From: Felis catus
Lineage: Eukaryota
Length of the DNA stretch: 64,000 nucleotides
Direction of reading: 5' to 3'
Assembly (NCBI RefSeq): GCF_018350175.1
Contig: NC_058373.1
Coordinates: 117,554,001 to 117,618,000, forward strand
The notes below the pieces were generated by a model. That model was not told the DNA's origin and did no database searches. It worked only from the letters and a program-made list of their open reading frames with translations. Shown in pieces: positions 60,808 through 64,000 of the stretch (position 1 is its first letter; every line of letters starts with the position of its first letter). A program made the translations under genes and the position numbers.

Positions 60808-63312
60808 GTATCATTGGGAAGGGCAGGCCCGCCTTTCTTAGCACTGTTGACCCTTGCCTGCTGCTTGCTGCTGGCGTGAAATGAGATGATCATCCCTTGG
60901 GTTTTATTTATTTTCTCTTTTCTTCTTTCCCTTCTCTATCTGCTCCCTCTCTAAGGGAAGACAGAACTGTCACCACCCCAGCACCGCCCCCCCCCCCCCC
61001 CCGCCGCCAGCCGCCGCCAAGGTCCACAGTGTGGCTTCCTGCCTCCATGTTCCCATTACCTTGGTCTGCAAGTGTTCTGCCCACAGCAGGGAGCGTAACC
61101 AAATACTGAGTCCACAGTAGCACAAGGATTCAGGGCTAGCAGTGACCCCAACGAGTCCCTTAGGAAACCAGAAAGAGACCCTCACTACAAAATCCAACCC
61201 CCTCACCACAGATTTTATCTCCCTGACCAACTCAGGGATGAAGATGAGGCAAGGATCGGGGCAGAACATCTGGGTAGAAAATCTTACACGTGCCGAGCCC
61301 CTCCTCCAGTTCCCAGTCTGGTCCTGGAAGTCATTCCTGGGATCATTCCCTCCCTGATACCCCTTTCCCCTCCCTCCCCGACCCCACAGCGTTTGCCTTT
61401 TCTTTTAGCCATAAAGTAGGTGCACCCCAGCTTCTTATTCCTCCTCCCCTTGGAATCAAGTCATGTTCCCTGCAGACCTTGACGTCTGGAGTTGGGGGCG
61501 GGGGTGCCCGGGGACCCTCGGCACGTCCGTGGCGAGGGGCGACTGAAGCAGGAGGAACTCAGCTGGATTTGGGGAAGGAGGGAAGGGAGAGCAGGGAGGG
61601 GCATGGGGTCTGGGAAAGGGGAGGCAGGAGAGATGATGGATCAGGATTCCAGTATCCCTGCGAACCCTCTGCACTTTGCCACCTGTGCTCTGAGACCCAC
61701 GTGTGGTTAAGTGTGGCTCTTCTTGCACTCAAATCCACACCTTCGTGCCACGCTAGCTATGTGCACCCCTCTTCTCCCCTCCCAGCAAGCCAGCCCCAGT
61801 CCCTAAGCATGTGGTTGTCCACCGCCACACTGTCTGTCAGGCCGCGTCCCCCCAGCCACGCGGCCCTTCTTTCTGTGTACTGTCGACCTCATGTGCCAGG
61901 ATCCTGTCTGCGTATCTGGTCAGTACCATTTAACTCCAGAGTCTAGAAGAGCATTTATATCCTGCTATCCTGCTGTTAGATAGCCCTGAGAAAATCCCTG
62001 ATAGTCTGAGAAGGGAAAAAGGACTTCTGGAAAGCCCAGGTTGTCAGAAACCCAGCTTTATTGGTTGCCTGCACCCTGTCCATCAAATGTCACTACTGTG
62101 ATGGAAAATGGAAAGCCTGGCCTCTTGCCAGCTCCCTTACAGGAGGATGTAGGTAGAGGGGGCTCTTATGGGGGGGAACATCAGATGCCCATTTTTTTCA
62201 AGAAAGGTTAGGGACACTTCTGGTGTCTCCAGCCCAGATCTCATGGGAGATGGTCGAAGCAAACGTTCCCCTTTCTCGTGGCTCCAGACCCTGAACTGAT
62301 CACAGTCTGGAGAAATTCTGAGGCTCTAGCAGTCCAGCCCCTCCGAGCCCGTCTACATACCCAGGAGAAGCCAGGAGCCACTCAGTCTCCTTGTGGCTTT
62401 GAACTCAAGGGGAGAGCACACCCGGGCTCAGGGAGTGGAGCTGATACTCCTGTGCCTGCAAGTCCTCCCGATCCCGGAGGAGGTCACTGAGTGAGGGAGG
62501 AACCCACGGCTTTCTGTGAAACATTACGCATGAAACTCACTAGAATTACCCTCCCAGCCCCCAGATTATAGGACGTTCTTCAGCAGAAAAGCTCTTACCG
62601 ATGCCAACACCCTCTCAATATCCAGGGGTCAGTTGTTGCCAAAAATAGTGACAAAACCTACTTTTTTTTCCCATTTCTCCCTGAGAGTCTCCAGGTGTGG
62701 ACTGGATTTGTAACTCAGCATTTTCAGGTAGGCCTAGAGTGCCTTGATTTCAGAGATGGGCTTTCCATGTGACATAAAGGTCCAGATCATGAAGGTACGT
62801 GAGAGTCACAAGCTCCAGCTACGAGAGGGGATGAGGACGGGCCTCGCTTTTTCTGCTTTTCCATCTCGTGATGGAGTCTGGAGCCACAGCCTGAGCCTTC
62901 ATCCCTAGTTCACCCTCTGTCCTAATGATGTCAAAGATAAGGTTAGTCACTCTGGCAAACCAGGTTCTCAAGGGGCAGGTGAGCTGGGTTTTGAGGGCTC
63001 CTCCGGGACAATTAAGCACCCACGATGATTTTCCAGGGTAGCTCAGAGGGCTCATGCAAGGCAGGAACCCAAGTGAGTCAGGCTGACGGCGACCCTCCGT
63101 AAACACCAGCCCAGTAGGCAGAGGACAGGAGTGGTAGGCACACCGTGCTAGCTGCAGGGCTCAGGAGCAGCCTGACCCAAGCCAAGTGTGTGCCACCTCG
63201 GGCCGCCGACCGACAGAAGCTGAGTCCTGCTGTCCCCAGAGCCGAGACTTGGTATGGTACCCTTCGGCTCCTTGTGTAAGGAGAAAGACCAGCCTGGCTC
63301 TACCGTGGGGTC

Positions 63313-63551
63313 TGTGTGTGTGTGTGTGTGTGTGTGTTGTGTTTTCCTTCTGCAACATCCTGTCTTCCAGCAGCCAGCTGAGGGGACGGGGGTATGACTG
63401 CCAAAGAAGCCCTCTGACCTTGTCCACACAGACAGGCGGCTGCCCTTTGCCTGCCCCTCTGCTTTCGGCACACTGGAGACCCACAGACACCCAGCTGCTT
63501 GTGCAGCTCTCCAGTTTCCATTATTTGCTGTGTGTGTGTGTGTGTGTGTGT
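63313..63551 (+). repeat. Two (TG)n microsatellites (63313-63337, 63527-63551)
   Basis: Directly visible. Confidence 0.9.
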
Positions 63552-64000
63552 CCATGTGAGTGATTGTACTCTCCAGATTTCCCAGCCTTGGGCTCAGGAC
63601 CCTGGAACAGGGCTCTGGGATAAACTAGCAAAGATTCGGGATGTAATTCTCTCCCAAAATCTCTCAGAAAAGCTAGAAACTTAGGGAGAGGGTCAGGTGC
63701 CCACCAAAGCCTCCTCTCCTTCTGTGGTAGTGAGTGACTAGGCTTGGGGGAGCATTCACGGGCTTTCTGGTCCATGTCACGGGCTCCTTAGCTAAGAGTT
63801 CTCCACAGCGGTCCTTGAGCCTCCCGTAGCCTGTCCTGTGTAAAACTTAGAAGGGGTCACCTGCCTGCGTACCGAGAGAGCATTTTCTGTCCAAAACACT
63901 CCTTCTGAGGCCCAAGGCCCTTTGCCGAATAAAAGGGCATGCGTAGACACTCCTTGCTCTAAGAACACAGAATGAAAGTCAACAGGGGGCCACTAGGCAG

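Larger units (their letters stand above)
1..64000 (+). other. RGS6: Internal part of the RGS6 (regulator of G-protein signaling 6, R7 family) transcription unit; 9 coding exons inside the window, 5' and 3' exons outside
   Basis: Nine GT-AG exons splice into one uninterrupted 303-aa frame matching the RGS6 DHEX-GGL-RGS sequence as I recall it. No start codon exon and no PESEQGRR/GKSLAGK terminal exons were seen in the window. Confidence 0.96.

Noticed and set aside
60880..64000. RGS6 exon 17 (PESEQGRR...) or terminal exons
   Set aside because: No matching sequence was found, so they are presumably downstream of the window.

Overview
This is mammalian genomic DNA from a felid/feliform carnivore, judged from 21 tRNA-derived CAN-SINEs (including young SINEC_Fc-like copies) and cat-type L1 3' ends. 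The whole window appears to lie inside the RGS6 gene on the + strand. Nine coding exons were assembled by hand, each with GT-AG boundaries and consistent phases: 2930-3006, 5405-5486, 7272-7346, 9014-9112, 10245-10306, 25516-25626, 37503-37628, 45585-45771 and 60718-60807. They total 909 nt (303 aa, ENLARLQRAF...LLLAKKK) and cover DHEX, linker, GGL and the RGS domain. They correspond to human exons ~8-16 (numbering from memory). The rest is intron containing SINEs, L1/L2/CR1/MIR fragments, MaLR LTRs, DNA transposons and tandem repeats. Almost all ORFs in the supplied track are spurious. I see no new multi-gene system. The two best leads concern splicing. (i) The skippable GGL exon has a weak donor running straight into a stop codon and an A31 tract, then a 7x32-bp array whose units each resemble a full 3' splice site leading to a stop, and it is bracketed by oppositely oriented SINE clusters. 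(ii) Read-through of the weak exon-16 donor would add a hydrophobic, di-cysteine C-terminal tail. Both are hypotheses that need RNA data. Repeat family names are by-eye recognition, not RepeatMasker output.
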